NCBI GenBank assembly: GCA_977017575.1
Contig: CDRNVI010000003.1
Coordinates: 434,001 to 498,000, forward strand
Length of the DNA: 64,000 bases
Direction of reading: 5' to 3'
From: Paramoeba atlantica
Taxonomy: Eukaryota; Protista; Discosea
Positions 39,801-50,200 of this stretch are shown in pieces (within the stretch, counting starts at the first letter, position 1; the number at the start of each line of letters is the position of its first letter). The translations under genes were made by a program, and so were the position numbers. Under the pieces are notes generated by a model. It was not told the DNA's origin, did not search any database, and worked only from the letters and a program-made list of their open reading frames with translations.

Positions 39801-40228
39801 AAGTGCTGTGTAAGTGTCGGTGGGGGTTCTCGCGCACGCAGTGGCCCTCTTTTTACAATTTCATCAGGATCAAGTTCGTAAAAATGTGCTGGTTGAGTAG
39901 GATTAAGAGCCTCGGTACGGAGAAGCGCCTGGTGTTCATCCGTTAACTGATCAAATCCATAAACGTGGAGATCGAAATCAAGATCTTCGTCCTCAACTCG
40001 AGTGCACTGAAAATGCTGCCATGCTGAAATATACCCGTGCTCTCCTCGAGGATCTCGAATTGGAACCCCGAATCGGGGACATCCTTTTTCGATTGCCTCA
40101 CTACACTTGCGACAACGTGCTCGACTAGACGGAGCGTAACCAACCATGTATCTACGCTCTTTTGCGCGCTTTTTTTCGTTATGAAGAGGAATCCAACTGC
40201 CGTGTTTATTTACAGTCAGCACGCTCAT
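36875..40228 (-). CDS. RAD16: RAD16-like SNF2 ATPase with N-terminal PARP-type zinc finger and RING
   Basis: YAPSSRARCRKC..WQHFQC; LLADEMGMGKT; LDEAH; LTGTPLQN; RING CALC..CLHTFHRNC..CPRC; WWNPAVEMQAAQRVHRIGQ. Confidence 0.88.
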   Translation of the reverse strand: MSVLTVNKHGSWIPLHNEKKRAKERRYMVGYAPSSRARCRKCSEAIEKGCPRFGVPIRDPRGEHGYISAWQHFQCTRVEDEDLDFDLHVYGFDQLTDEHQALLRTEALNPTQPAHFYELDPDEIVKRGPLRAREPPPTLTQHLLPYQMEGFGWMCEQEEAAESADLSTARSAVRGGLLADEMGMGKTIQTVALLLERRGYGPTLVVCPLSSMLQWKEEIANYTEPGSLRVLVFHGSEKVLPSSEDILRADVVLTTYHTIEAQWRKLTAEKKIKCSYCGKAFLPRKMAVHLKYYCGPDAAKTLKQRKQEKKQSSQTVQKGLRSLKVVGENEAIVEASREVDGRSLASNDESDTLVQRFLTRRKNVVSHPTKNETTNSAKESVKSENIENIQKKMGTPMAIYRELMADAGRRAYSRFDRRDYIMKAENENSEKEGSELLKHSNSSPKTKVKGLKSAQGKPASLTAKEIIKNEGQNSLCEDTNSVAVKSEEEPLEIVECNDVETEACLRSSAKSKPSQKRLPEPTFRVSDCLKDSTDSDDDKPFLQRVKTNFRKDWEFKQAEDRDNAPLPEDEADIEGFEGVPLDFSRSVVHGIQWYRIVLDEAHKIKSKTTSTARGIFALRGSFKWCLTGTPLQNRVGELYSLIRFIRVPKFSRYYCQASDCKCTTLAYPFTWKQHRRCIQCGHGPLQHYGYFNKHVLNPIRRYGYIGDGRKGLLTLKEKVLDQVMLRRTKSEQSADLNLDALQVSVSYVELRLEERDFYESLYKRSEAKFDTFVKKGTLLNNYAHIFDLLSSLRQALDHPYIVLYRAGSAELPEKGTATSNPALDICALCQDLVSPSHVTSTKPCLHTFHRNCLYEYISQAPQGDIGCPRCFSPLTLDLNSIRASKEEESNSSSSEDEEIRPIPPPQLPQENEPQGLPSLPKSGESKALLRGRRNILQRVDTSKFESSSKLEKITSLNLRLPDQDKAIIFSQYANMLDLVEWRLQKEKVQTTKLLGSMPLVMRQSMLSKFRNPESSVKVMLISLKAGGEGLNLQVANHVFLIDPWWNPAVEMQAAQRVHRIGQCKKVYVTRFITRDTIEERMLELQQKKQLVFEGTIDAQRNSIAKLTEEDLRFLFSR

Positions 40229-41042
40229 TTAAAAAAGTTTCTAGAAATTACATGTAGCAGAATAATGAATCATACGTATTTGATATGAATTCGTGAATGA
40301 CGTGTATTTACTACGATGCATACAGATAATCTATCACTGTCATTATCAGGATAATCTATCACTATCAGGAAAAGGTTTCACGAATGAATTCGCCAGCACA
40401 CGCCATACTCCTAAAGTAATCCCCCATCTCCTCCCCATCCTAATGCTGACCGTTTTGACAAAGCGACGCTAAAAACTCCTTGGTAAAAAAGGAGGGCAAA
40501 AAAAGTAATCGGCATCAAAGTATAATAAGCACGCCGGAAACAATTTTCATGCTCCAACTTCTCTCTCTATCAAAGTCTCTCTATCAAAGTTGTAGAATTT
40601 ACATAGCAATGCTTCTACTACAAGCATCGGCCATGTTGCCATATCCCGACAACTACAAACAATCGCAACAACAACCCATCACAGTAACACACCTGAGAAT
40701 AGAATATTCTTCCAAATCAGTGCACTGCAGAAGGCATTCGGGGGGTATTCGGCGGTTTAAACAGTGAGTATAGATCAAAAAAGTCTTGACACGCGTTGAG
40801 ACGGAGGCTACAAGTACGAATGTACGAAAACCTCGGTCTCATCTCTTCATCGCACTTCGTCTGATGATACACTCCCAAGTTCCTCAATCGTACATTATAT
40901 CCAATCCTGCGATTCATTGGGATGTTACATTGGGCTCCTGATCGGGATTTTTTTTGTAAAGAGCAGCTTGCGTTTATAACAGACCTGCTATGTGAACGTC
41001 CCCTCGAAACAAATTTGTTTGACATCCTTGCAAAATTGGAAC

Positions 41043-41750
41043 TCATGAGGGTTGAAGCGCGCTACCATATTCACGCAATATCTTTTGAGCAAATCCTTGG
41101 TTCGAATTGCGGACAAATATATCCCCATCACCTAGGGCATGGGCACTCTTCTTGGCATCGCGCTCCTTGTCACGCTTCTCTTCTACACGTAGCGCTTCCT
41201 CCTTGACTCTGTTGCTCGCTGCCTCAAGAGTACTTTGGCGCAGGTCGGATACTTTCACAGAGGCGTATAATCTACGGAGAGCTTTGGAATATTCCTCCGA
41301 CGCAGCTTCGGAGGCCAATAATGTGGAGCTCATGAGTCTCTCGCGGTCTACCGGGTGAAGTCGTTTAGGAGCTTCCTTTGAACCACGTAGGCGTTCCCAA
41401 TTTGTAGCACTCAACTTGGGTTTCTCATTTTTATTTGTTTTTTCTTTGTCGCTCGCTGTGGTGGGGATATCTTCAAGTTGTATGACGTCTGAATTTGTTG
41501 CTGCTTGTTCTGCTCTTTGTTTATCTCTCCCTACATTTTTGGCAAGAAGTTCGGCTGATTCAATGTTTTTTTGAAGACACTGTTGCCGCATGACGAGAAG
41601 TTCTTTGAAACGTTCTTCGTTTGTTTTAGGGATAATTGGCGGAGTATACTCCATTTCATTACTTGGAACTGACATTAGTATAATAAAACTATAGACAAAA
41701 CGTGATTGTAGTGATTCGCACATCTGCAGGAAGCAAGGGCCTCCCTCCAA
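41043..41750 (-). CDS. SYF2: SYF2-like splicing factor
   Basis: Coiled coil with C-terminal DGDIFVRNSNQGFAQKILREYG, matching the SYF2 DxDYINERNxxFNxKLxRxYG pattern. Confidence 0.6.
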   Translation of the reverse strand: MEGGPCFLQMCESLQSRFVYSFIILMSVPSNEMEYTPPIIPKTNEERFKELLVMRQQCLQKNIESAELLAKNVGRDKQRAEQAATNSDVIQLEDIPTTASDKEKTNKNEKPKLSATNWERLRGSKEAPKRLHPVDRERLMSSTLLASEAASEEYSKALRRLYASVKVSDLRQSTLEAASNRVKEEALRVEEKRDKERDAKKSAHALGDGDIFVRNSNQGFAQKILREYGSALQPS

Positions 41751-42019
41751 ATTAAAAAAACAACTTCGAAAGTATTGAGGGGGATTTACGATTCAAAGCA
41801 AAACTTTCGTTTAAAGGAAAATTCTTATCTCTTGGTGCCTTCTTTGGCTTCCCACCCTACCCCTCCCTTGCATATTCCGAGAGTTACACAAGCAATGTAG
41901 CTTACTGAGCGTGTTAGTCTGAGTATCCACTGTAACTTGCAAAGTAAGGTTAACGTGCTGAGTAGGTTTATCGTTTCGCATGGTCTTTCGCATGGTCAGG
42001 ACACTATATTTTTCGTACT

Positions 42020-43648
42020 TCATGGCATATCTTCTTCATCTATTTTTAAGGCCTCGATGTCAGAGCAAATGCTAAGGTCTTCCTCCTCGTCTAGTTCAAC
42101 ATTTTGATTTTCTGGAGGTACGTCTGCTTGCCGTGATCGCATAAAGATTTGCACATCTTTTCGATACTCTTGATCTCTTTCCAAGTCATCCATGAATTCA
42201 TCTAGCTCTTCCTGATGTTCCTCCGGATTTCCCGTTGTCTTCTCTTTGCGAAGCGAACGAAGCTTCCACTTTCGTCTTCGTCGTCTGGCGGCGTAATCCG
42301 GATAAAACTTATGCACCAAAATCACATCCGTCTGTGCCTTCGAAGAGTTCATATACTGTGCAAACTCCTCGTGGTTGCTATTCAACGCGGAACACAAATA
42401 TCCCATCGCGCTATCCCCGGGACGAAGCTGATGTCCCAGGTGGGTTTTGGTAATCCACTCACGTCCTTGTCCAATCTCACTCGCCAAACACACCGTAGCG
42501 TCCGCAAGCTGTAGTTTACCGTGCTCACGCCCAGGGAGGATTCGCAGATCAATAACATAGAACTCTACCAGTTGTCTCGAGGAGGCGACCGATCGAAACG
42601 GCATTTTCCAAAACCGCGTACCCATCATATCCCCTACCCGTAACGACAGCGGTTCCAGGAACACCAGATGGGAGTGAACTTTATGACAAAGCACCAGGGG
42701 ACCGAGCCCCCCGAGAGCTCGGCATATCTTAGTTGGGAGAAACACCAGATCCTCACGACATATCGGGGCAATTTCTGCAGAGTACGTTGTGTGGGTCTCC
42801 GCGGTGTTACTTTTCACATCCGTAGTCACCAGCTGCACGGAGTCTTTACGCTGCAGTGGGACCTGACCCTGGACGAATTCCAGAAACCGCAGCCCGTGCA
42901 TACGGTGCGCAAAGAAAAAATCCAGCCCATCAGGCTGCATCTCGATGCGGGTACACTCCCGGTGCATTTCATGTTTTAAAATGATTTGCTCGAGGTAGAG
43001 AAAGGTACGACGATGGGGAACCTTCTGCCTGAGCTGCACGACAGCGTCCCACTGAGGTTGCCCCGTGGCAATGCGTTGACACATCTCACATTGCTGGTTG
43101 TGGATGGTGTATTCCACCACGAAGCCCTGGCGCACGACAGCGTCGTCAAAGAGCTCTTTTTGAATGGTCAGGCGAAGTTTAACGCGCTTGGAGTGAGGCT
43201 CGGTCCACAAAAAGGTGGCGTCGACGAGTTTAACCTTTGCCAGACCCTTGACTCGTTTGAGACATAGTCCCATCATTTCTTTGGACTCAAAAGGGGCTTT
43301 CATCCAAAACTTGGGGGGTTGCAAATAGCGCTCACAGCTGCGACAGTAGGATAGGGTGCTCTCCTTGGGGAAGCCAGAAGTTATGTCAATGTTGGATCGG
43401 ATGCAATTGGCACACATATTTGTTGGATTACTTGGGATCGCTATCCCACAAAGACAGCACATCACAGTGGGCAACGTGTCATTGAAATGGGCTGGTTGCT
43501 CCACACAGGGTGCGACGCTTTCGGAACCAAATTCATCAACATCCATCACAGGAGTACGAACTAGAATGAATATATTCAGGATTTTGAGGTAATGATTGAA
43601 GATAGCGTATAATTTAAAGATGACCTGTTTCATTTTGTGAAGCTCCAA
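42020..43648 (-). CDS. NMD3: 60S ribosomal export adaptor NMD3 (start may be at 43546)
   Basis: CCLCGIAI..NPTNMCANC; YCRSCERYLQPP; DATFLWTEPHSKRVK; VQLRQKVPHRRTFLYLEQ; GLDFFF. Confidence 0.95.
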   Translation of the reverse strand: MELHKMKQVIFKLYAIFNHYLKILNIFILVRTPVMDVDEFGSESVAPCVEQPAHFNDTLPTVMCCLCGIAIPSNPTNMCANCIRSNIDITSGFPKESTLSYCRSCERYLQPPKFWMKAPFESKEMMGLCLKRVKGLAKVKLVDATFLWTEPHSKRVKLRLTIQKELFDDAVVRQGFVVEYTIHNQQCEMCQRIATGQPQWDAVVQLRQKVPHRRTFLYLEQIILKHEMHRECTRIEMQPDGLDFFFAHRMHGLRFLEFVQGQVPLQRKDSVQLVTTDVKSNTAETHTTYSAEIAPICREDLVFLPTKICRALGGLGPLVLCHKVHSHLVFLEPLSLRVGDMMGTRFWKMPFRSVASSRQLVEFYVIDLRILPGREHGKLQLADATVCLASEIGQGREWITKTHLGHQLRPGDSAMGYLCSALNSNHEEFAQYMNSSKAQTDVILVHKFYPDYAARRRRRKWKLRSLRKEKTTGNPEEHQEELDEFMDDLERDQEYRKDVQIFMRSRQADVPPENQNVELDEEEDLSICSDIEALKIDEEDMP

Positions 43649-43834
43649 ATAGATATTCTTATCCTAGGATACAAGAAAGAGTACCCTAGATGAAATTGGA
43701 GACAGAAGACAATGATTTCATACTTACAAGCCGTTTCTCAAAAGACAAGTGCAACTGAAGCGGCACCGAAAAATAGAGATATACGTTCGGAGAGATATTA
43801 TATCTCTCCGTATATCATATACGTTTGGAACCAT

Positions 43835-45739
43835 CTAACGACGTTTTTTTCGAGGTTTCTTTTTGCCCTCCCGCTGAGCAGTGCGACGCTTACGAGTTGG
43901 GGTCTTCATTTCCTCTGGCGATGGCAACCTAATTTCTTCCGAAGATGATTCTTTATGGGCGGATTTGATAGGTGACCCACAACTCTCGATTTGTGTCGGG
44001 CGATGAGGTGTCATTGTCACGCCCTCTACGTTATGCAAACAAGCGAAGGCCTTTTCGCGGCGAAGCGCGGCCTTTGCTTCCGCCAGCTTCAAACCCAGCT
44101 CGTTACGAGATTCTTCAAGAGTTTTTTTCTCTTTTTCGGCATTCATAATCGAAGTTTGCAGCATTTGGCTCTCCTCTTGGACTCTTGGTTGCATGCTCTG
44201 AGGTACGGTGGGCATTTCTGCAGTGGAACCAAAATCTAGGTGTGTGATACTGGGTTCGGTATTTATTTGTGGTAGATGCAAGAGAGAGTAATTCTCCGTC
44301 TGAGATGATTGATCTAATGATTCTTGTAAAGCGATTCGTTCTCGTGAACGGGCTGAAAGCTCTTCCTCTAGATGCTCTATGCTCTCAACATGCTGCGCTC
44401 GCAAGTCCGATAAATGCTCTGTGACTTTCAAAGTTCTTTTTTGGACGTCTCTGAGGCGCCCTTCGAAATCTTCCTTCGCCATCAGGATCAGCTTCAACTG
44501 TTCGGCACATTGACTATTTTCAGATTTTCGATGAAATTTCGTTTGTTTTACAGATGCCTTAATTCTGGCTCTCTTCTCGATTTGTGCCTTGTCACAAGCG
44601 GTTAATCGCTCAGCGCATGAGGCGACAATTTTGTTTAACTGTTGCTCAGTTTTGTCCCAATGAGAAGTTTTCCCTTCCACGTAGGAACGCGCTACCTCAG
44701 CATATGGCAATGCGTAACCGGGTGTTTCTAGCAAGATCGAGCATTTCTTTTGCAATTCGGATAATTCTTGTAACGCGTTTCCCTCACATCTCTCGTTTTC
44801 TTCTTGTTGCTGTTGCAATACACAGAGAGTAGTGCAACATTGATCTATTTCATTTAGTAGGCGACTGTTTTCTTCAATTGCATAAGTTTTCGATTGTTCA
44901 ATAGAAGTCTTCAGATTTGCAATTGTTTGTTCGAGTTGTACAGCCTCTTCATGCCGGGATAATATTTGTTTGCTCATGACAGTAACTTCTGCTTCACACC
45001 GACTCATCGTGGGCTGCAGTTCGTACTCCAAACGAAGTTTATGATCACGCAATCGATTCTCACCCTGTTCTTTTAACAGAGCACAGTGATTTTCGTTCTC
45101 ATACAAAGCAGTTTCAGCGTCTTTCATTCGTCCCAAAATTATTTCACATTTAGCTTGCAGTTCATCGTATTTCTGCTTGAATTCTGGAGAACCTGAATTG
45201 TGCGTAAGGTGAGAATCAAGAAAACCTAGATCACCGCGCGCATAGGACCGACGCGGCGTTTCGCCCGCAGAATAATACGGATAAGAGGAACCGGTAGAGG
45301 CGTCTTCGGGAGATAGATTGCTCGCGTACGAAGAAATTGACCCTTTTTCCAATTGTGGCGAAAAATGTACGTGACGCTCGTCATTAAGAATGGTTGGTCT
45401 CTGTGAGGTTGGCGTCTGGACGTCTTCTACTTCCGTTACAGCAAGTGACACGGAGACTGCACACAACTCTTCGGGGGGGCTAGGAGGACCCTGTGCCATT
45501 AAGACAGATGCCGGTGTAAAAGTCGGTTCCCTGGCAAAAGGACTAGTTTTTACATCTCGTGCGAGGTTAGTTTGTAAGTCTTCTCCTTCCATACCATGGT
45601 GTGCATCATTCATGTATCTCATTTCCTGCTGAGTTCCCGAGGTTTCCGGATCAATTTCATATTCTTCAAATACTTCTTCGGTATGCTGAAAAATATCACC
45701 AATACTTTCGTCCAAAAGACTTCCTCTCTCCTCACTCAT
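43835..45739 (-). CDS. Long coiled-coil hypothetical protein
   Basis: 634-aa ORF; Glu/Gln/Lys heptad-rich middle; basic C-terminus. Confidence 0.8.
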   Translation of the reverse strand: MSEERGSLLDESIGDIFQHTEEVFEEYEIDPETSGTQQEMRYMNDAHHGMEGEDLQTNLARDVKTSPFAREPTFTPASVLMAQGPPSPPEELCAVSVSLAVTEVEDVQTPTSQRPTILNDERHVHFSPQLEKGSISSYASNLSPEDASTGSSYPYYSAGETPRRSYARGDLGFLDSHLTHNSGSPEFKQKYDELQAKCEIILGRMKDAETALYENENHCALLKEQGENRLRDHKLRLEYELQPTMSRCEAEVTVMSKQILSRHEEAVQLEQTIANLKTSIEQSKTYAIEENSRLLNEIDQCCTTLCVLQQQQEENERCEGNALQELSELQKKCSILLETPGYALPYAEVARSYVEGKTSHWDKTEQQLNKIVASCAERLTACDKAQIEKRARIKASVKQTKFHRKSENSQCAEQLKLILMAKEDFEGRLRDVQKRTLKVTEHLSDLRAQHVESIEHLEEELSARSRERIALQESLDQSSQTENYSLLHLPQINTEPSITHLDFGSTAEMPTVPQSMQPRVQEESQMLQTSIMNAEKEKKTLEESRNELGLKLAEAKAALRREKAFACLHNVEGVTMTPHRPTQIESCGSPIKSAHKESSSEEIRLPSPEEMKTPTRKRRTAQREGKKKPRKKRR

Positions 45740-46129
45740 TAAATTGTAAGTTCGAAGAAGAGAAAAAGATGAAAAATAAAAAGAGAAATTTTTGAAAGGC
45801 TACTTGAAAAATTAAAAAATTGAAGTTCTATCAGAGTGAATACTTCGTGCATACTTCACGTGCAGCAAGAGAAGGGTAAAATACAGTGTAGATCCCAGCA
45901 TGCCGACAAAAAAGTGTTACACGATGAACATCTTGACGGAAGAAGAAATCCACTAAAAGCATGACAAAAAAGAATGCATGAAACTCTAGAGAGCCCTCAT
46001 CAATAAGGAATATCTTGGTATTCCTTCATACAGGGGGGACATACAGTATGCATATACTGTATGCAGTATGCAGTATACTGAATACTGCAGTATGCATCAT
46101 ATGTATTTGTTTGAACGGTGCAAAGCTTC

Positions 46130-47095
46130 TCAGTCCGTTAAGTCCAAGCGACACCGCTGGGGAAGTGCACCGTCGAAAGCATCAGTCCAGGAAGATCCTT
46201 GAAGTACTCGAGCCAGGGTATCTACTATGTGATTTATGGTAAGAACTCTGCACATGTTGGATCCCCCCGGTGGAAGATTCTCTTGTAAGGGTAGACGTGC
46301 ATGTCTGATTCCGAGCGCTCGTGCCTTAGAAAGTGTTGCTCCCTTGTGTCGATTACGGTCCACAAAGCCACCCACGACATAAATAGGTGACATGTCCAAA
46401 CGTGATGTTTGATTGCAATAGCCAGCGCCTGAATCCGGACGAGTATGATATGTAGAAGTCTTCCCAGCTTCATGGATGGATGCGTCATCGATAACATCCT
46501 CTACATCATTGCTTGTTCGCCCTGATTTGACATTTATAAGAATTGCATCGCTGTCAGCCGTCAAGTAAATTAATCGAGAAAAATTGGTACGCCAAATTTG
46601 AGAAAGAGTTTCCTGTCGAAACTCACAGGGCCACTGGAGATGATGCGGATTTTGATTCAAAATTTGTTTGTGCAGAGCACCATCCTTCGTAAACCCGACG
46701 AAATATGGCCACAAACGGAAATCGGTCGCACGGCATAGGGCGTATACGGAGCGCACTTGATAGGCTGTGGATTTACACTGTTGCTCCGTCATGAACTCTT
46801 CGAATTCTAAATCAACTACAATCCCTATTTCACCATTCTTAGCAATATTCGCGTCACAAGAAAGCTTTTTCTGAGCTTCCCTAGCGATGCGCTCTTCTCG
46901 AGTGCGACTAAGAGCTTCCCGTTTGTGCTTCCGCTCTTCCTCTGTTAAGGCCTCCCAACGCTTCATAATGGTTTCCTTCTTACGTTCCTGCGCTTCGCGT
47001 CTTCGCAATTTCTGCTCGACTCGACGTTGTTCCCAATAGTCTAATACCTCACCGGACGATGCGATAGTTTCGCCAGAAAATTTACTGTTAGACAT
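46130..47095 (-). CDS. TRM10: tRNA (guanine-N1, position 9) methyltransferase
   Basis: LIYLTADS, YVVGGFVDRNRHKG, ARLPL, VLTINH. Confidence 0.92.
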   Translation of the reverse strand: MSNSKFSGETIASSGEVLDYWEQRRVEQKLRRREAQERKKETIMKRWEALTEEERKHKREALSRTREERIAREAQKKLSCDANIAKNGEIGIVVDLEFEEFMTEQQCKSTAYQVRSVYALCRATDFRLWPYFVGFTKDGALHKQILNQNPHHLQWPCEFRQETLSQIWRTNFSRLIYLTADSDAILINVKSGRTSNDVEDVIDDASIHEAGKTSTYHTRPDSGAGYCNQTSRLDMSPIYVVGGFVDRNRHKGATLSKARALGIRHARLPLQENLPPGGSNMCRVLTINHIVDTLARVLQGSSWTDAFDGALPQRCRLDLTD

Positions 47096-47713
47096 ACTAA
47101 CCTAAGAACAGAGGCATCATAAAGATAAGAAAAGATAGGAATTTGGGAAACTGTGTGCATCAATGCTAAGGAGAGTACTTCAACGTTCAAACTAAATTAT
47201 ACAATCCATTTCTATTTCACGCATTTTTATATAAAATGTTATCAAAGACTTATCAAATATCTCGCACCGAGATTCTAGTATCCCTGTTGCTGTGACGAAT
47301 AACCATTATGGTAGAGTGAAAGACTACAAATACCGCGAAAAAGCAAGGAATGTCCTAGGTAGTTCATGACAGACTAATTGCATGTCAGGTACACAAGCAA
47401 GATGAACAGTAAATAGGCCATGGCATAAGGGGTTGATAACTCCCTTGTATGGTTAGAACCCACATTGGCCAAATTCGTCGAAACATTAACAAAACAGTCG
47501 TTCCAATAGCAAAATTGGTTTGGTTAAAATGCATAGCTCATTTACATTATCTCACAACAAATATTTATTTCATAAATATTGTGATGCGTTAAGCCGAGAA
47601 ACGGTTTTTAGATACCACGATAACTACCTAGAATTCTCCGACAAATAGTAATGACGTTGAAAATTGCAAAAATGAAGGATACTCAAATGCAAGTGCGCAG
47701 GCGATTAGGCAAA

Positions 47714-48655
47714 TTATTTCTTTAAAAGTGTGTTTAACATGGAGACGTTAAAACCTCCAGTCTTCTTTGAGTTCTGCTGGTACAATGGAATACCTGCTGG
47801 TGTACCTGTGGTTGAGTTTGCAGCCTTTGTCATAGATTTCTGCACCTGTTCTTCATTACAAAGACGTGATGCGTCTGGTGTTGTTCTGTCACCTTCTTTT
47901 CGATAGGTACTTGAATTCTTTATGGCTTGAGTAAAACTAAGATTCTGTCTGCTTTTAGGAGGATTAGAATCGTGCTTATGTGTTGCGTTAACACTTTCTT
48001 CAGACAGTAATTTCGGAGATTTACCCGCATCTGGCTTTGGCACGCGGCCTGGAAGATTTCGAATGGATGAATAAATAACGAATTCCTGAACAGCAGACTT
48101 AGTCTCAGCCGTCAGAGGTGAAGCGGTGTTCGAAAATGGCTCTCTATGTGAAAGTTGCTTCGGGGACATTGTTTCAGAAGAGCCTTCAAACACATTAGAA
48201 TAAGGTACATCGCCGTTTAATCGATCCTCTATCGTGTCTTTCTCCTTCGCGAATGATTTTAAAGATGCGTCCTGAACGCCTTTCGTGATTTCCTCAAGGG
48301 TACCCGAAAAAAGAGCATCAACTTCATTTACTGGATGCGTTTCTGACTGACTTTGGTTCAAAGCTTTTTTCTCGGATTTCTGGCGCTGATTAGCTTCGTA
48401 TTGCATTCCAATTTCAAACGTTTCGTGATCTTTTGAAGCAACAGATCGCGTTTTCTGTAATTGAACCTTGTTCACTGGCACGCCGCGGGAAGGATTATAA
48501 AAATAAGACAATTCCGTTTGGACATCGGATGTACCTTCTTTCGATTTCATAGAACGTTCGATCGCATACATCTCATCTATGCTGTACGTTCTTCGCAAGG
48601 CTGCAGTCATGAAGAAAATTATGCAAATACGAAGTTCCCTACTTAAAATATGCAA
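47714..48655 (-). CDS. Hypothetical Ser/Lys-rich protein
   Basis: 313-aa ORF on the cluster strand; no recognised motif. Confidence 0.7.
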   Translation of the reverse strand: MHILSRELRICIIFFMTAALRRTYSIDEMYAIERSMKSKEGTSDVQTELSYFYNPSRGVPVNKVQLQKTRSVASKDHETFEIGMQYEANQRQKSEKKALNQSQSETHPVNEVDALFSGTLEEITKGVQDASLKSFAKEKDTIEDRLNGDVPYSNVFEGSSETMSPKQLSHREPFSNTASPLTAETKSAVQEFVIYSSIRNLPGRVPKPDAGKSPKLLSEESVNATHKHDSNPPKSRQNLSFTQAIKNSSTYRKEGDRTTPDASRLCNEEQVQKSMTKAANSTTGTPAGIPLYQQNSKKTGGFNVSMLNTLLKK

Positions 48656-49070
48656 CTCATATAAAACAGATGTAAAGACATATCATTAGTCATAATTATT
48701 ATTATTATCAAAATTTAATCATTAGTGTAGGTGTTCCCTCTAGTAGAGGGTACGCGCCTGCAAAAAAGATAAGAGGCATCTGTAAATCCTTACTTTACCT
48801 TCAGAAAACTTTCGCTGAGATAAGCAGTGTACAAGATTTTACTGTACCATATCCAGTATGTAATCTGTGAACCATTACGAGGGCCAATTTGACCAGAGCA
48901 TTCAATGGAATTGATGACATGCAGGTGGGTGACAAGCACTGCAAATATCCCCTTCCCGATCGTATTCACATGTCGAGCATCGTACCACTTTTCAAACGTT
49001 CGGGTAAGCGCCTGCAAGGGCACGAAGGGAATATTTTTCAGTAAAATTCTGATTCACGATGAAGTACTTA

Positions 49071-50087
49071 CTGTCCCCCCCCACTTAAGCGCAACCAGGT
49101 TTTGGCCTAAAATTGCGCATAAGTAGGCGGGTCAAAAAAAGGGGTGAAAAAAAATTTGCGCGCCGCTTCGCGGCGCGTGTTTTAATCATGAGTTATGTAC
49201 GCGGGGTGCCCCGGGGGGCTGCTTTTTATATACTCCCCCTCTAATTTCTATAAATTATATTTTATAAAAAAAATGAGTTATTATTACTGTGACCCCCCCT
49301 TTATACTTCGCCCATTTTTATATCTATAAAAAATAATTAATGAAAATGGTAGTTCGTCGGCGTTAGTACCATCAGTGGAGGGGTGCAGACGGTACCTGTA
49401 GCTCGTTGTCGAACGGTGGCAACCAATCGCGATCGGTAACGACAGATCGCGACCGGTTGCGAACGCTGTGGATATTTTTTCGAGGTTCGAAGTGTTTACC
49501 GATTCATTGGAAGATCAGTCGGACAGGGGGTGACGTGTGAGAGATAACTAGGGAGGAGGTACAGTACTTCGCTTGTATGGTTACTTATGCCTGCAAATGA
49601 CCACATCACGAGGTAAGTGCCTTTTTTGCGAGCACCCGATCAATTGTAGGAAAAGAACGGACTTTTAAGAGCGTGTGTCCGAAATAAATTTATAAATTAA
49701 AGTTTAGTTTATCATGCACTTGTAGTGCAATTACCCACGTTATCTTTACCCGCCCCACATCTAGGCGGTGCCGCACGCTGGTGCGCTGATCATTTCAAAA
49801 GCGTACAGTACGTGGCAGGAGAGTTCCTCTGATGTACAGTACAGTATAGTATGCAAAGACTCGCCGTACAGACCGGTGAAGATCAGTGTGGATCAGAGGA
49901 GATCGCTGGAGATCATTTTTGAACGCCCAAAGGGACTCTCCATTTCAAGAGCGGCGAAAATCTGTACAAAAATTCGTACCACAAAAAAAAAATTGCGCCG
50001 CTTTGCGGCGCTGTTCTTCTGAACGATGCGTCAAAATTGCGCTTAAGTGGCCGGGTCAAACGGTTGCGCATAAGTAGGGGGGGACAG
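49071..50087. mobile_element. Non-autonomous TA-flanked TIR DNA transposon (~1.0 kb)
   Basis: TA|CTGTCCCCCCCCACTTAAGCGCAACC ... GGTTGCGCATAAGTAGGGGGGGACAG|TA (2 mismatches); subterminal AATTGCGC[A/T]TAAGT repeats; GCGCCGC-TTN-GCGGCGC hairpins near both ends. Confidence 0.85.
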
Positions 50088-50200
50088 TACCCTATATTTT
50101 CATCTAAAACTCATGTTGCACACAAGTCAATAAATTAGACATACAGTCGAAATTATACAAACGAAAGAGAGAGGCACAATAAGTGAGAGGGCAGAGTTAT

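Noticed and set aside
40325-40363. GATAATCTATCACT repeated twice
   Set aside because: Simple local slippage duplication with no other context.
40717-41046. 109-aa minus ORF overlapping the SYF2 stop
   Set aside because: No motif and no room for an upstream processing spacer; cannot be supported.
48880-48930. HVINSIEC on minus, resembling the Merlin HTNTIE motif
   Set aside because: The match is too short and has no flanking transposase motifs.
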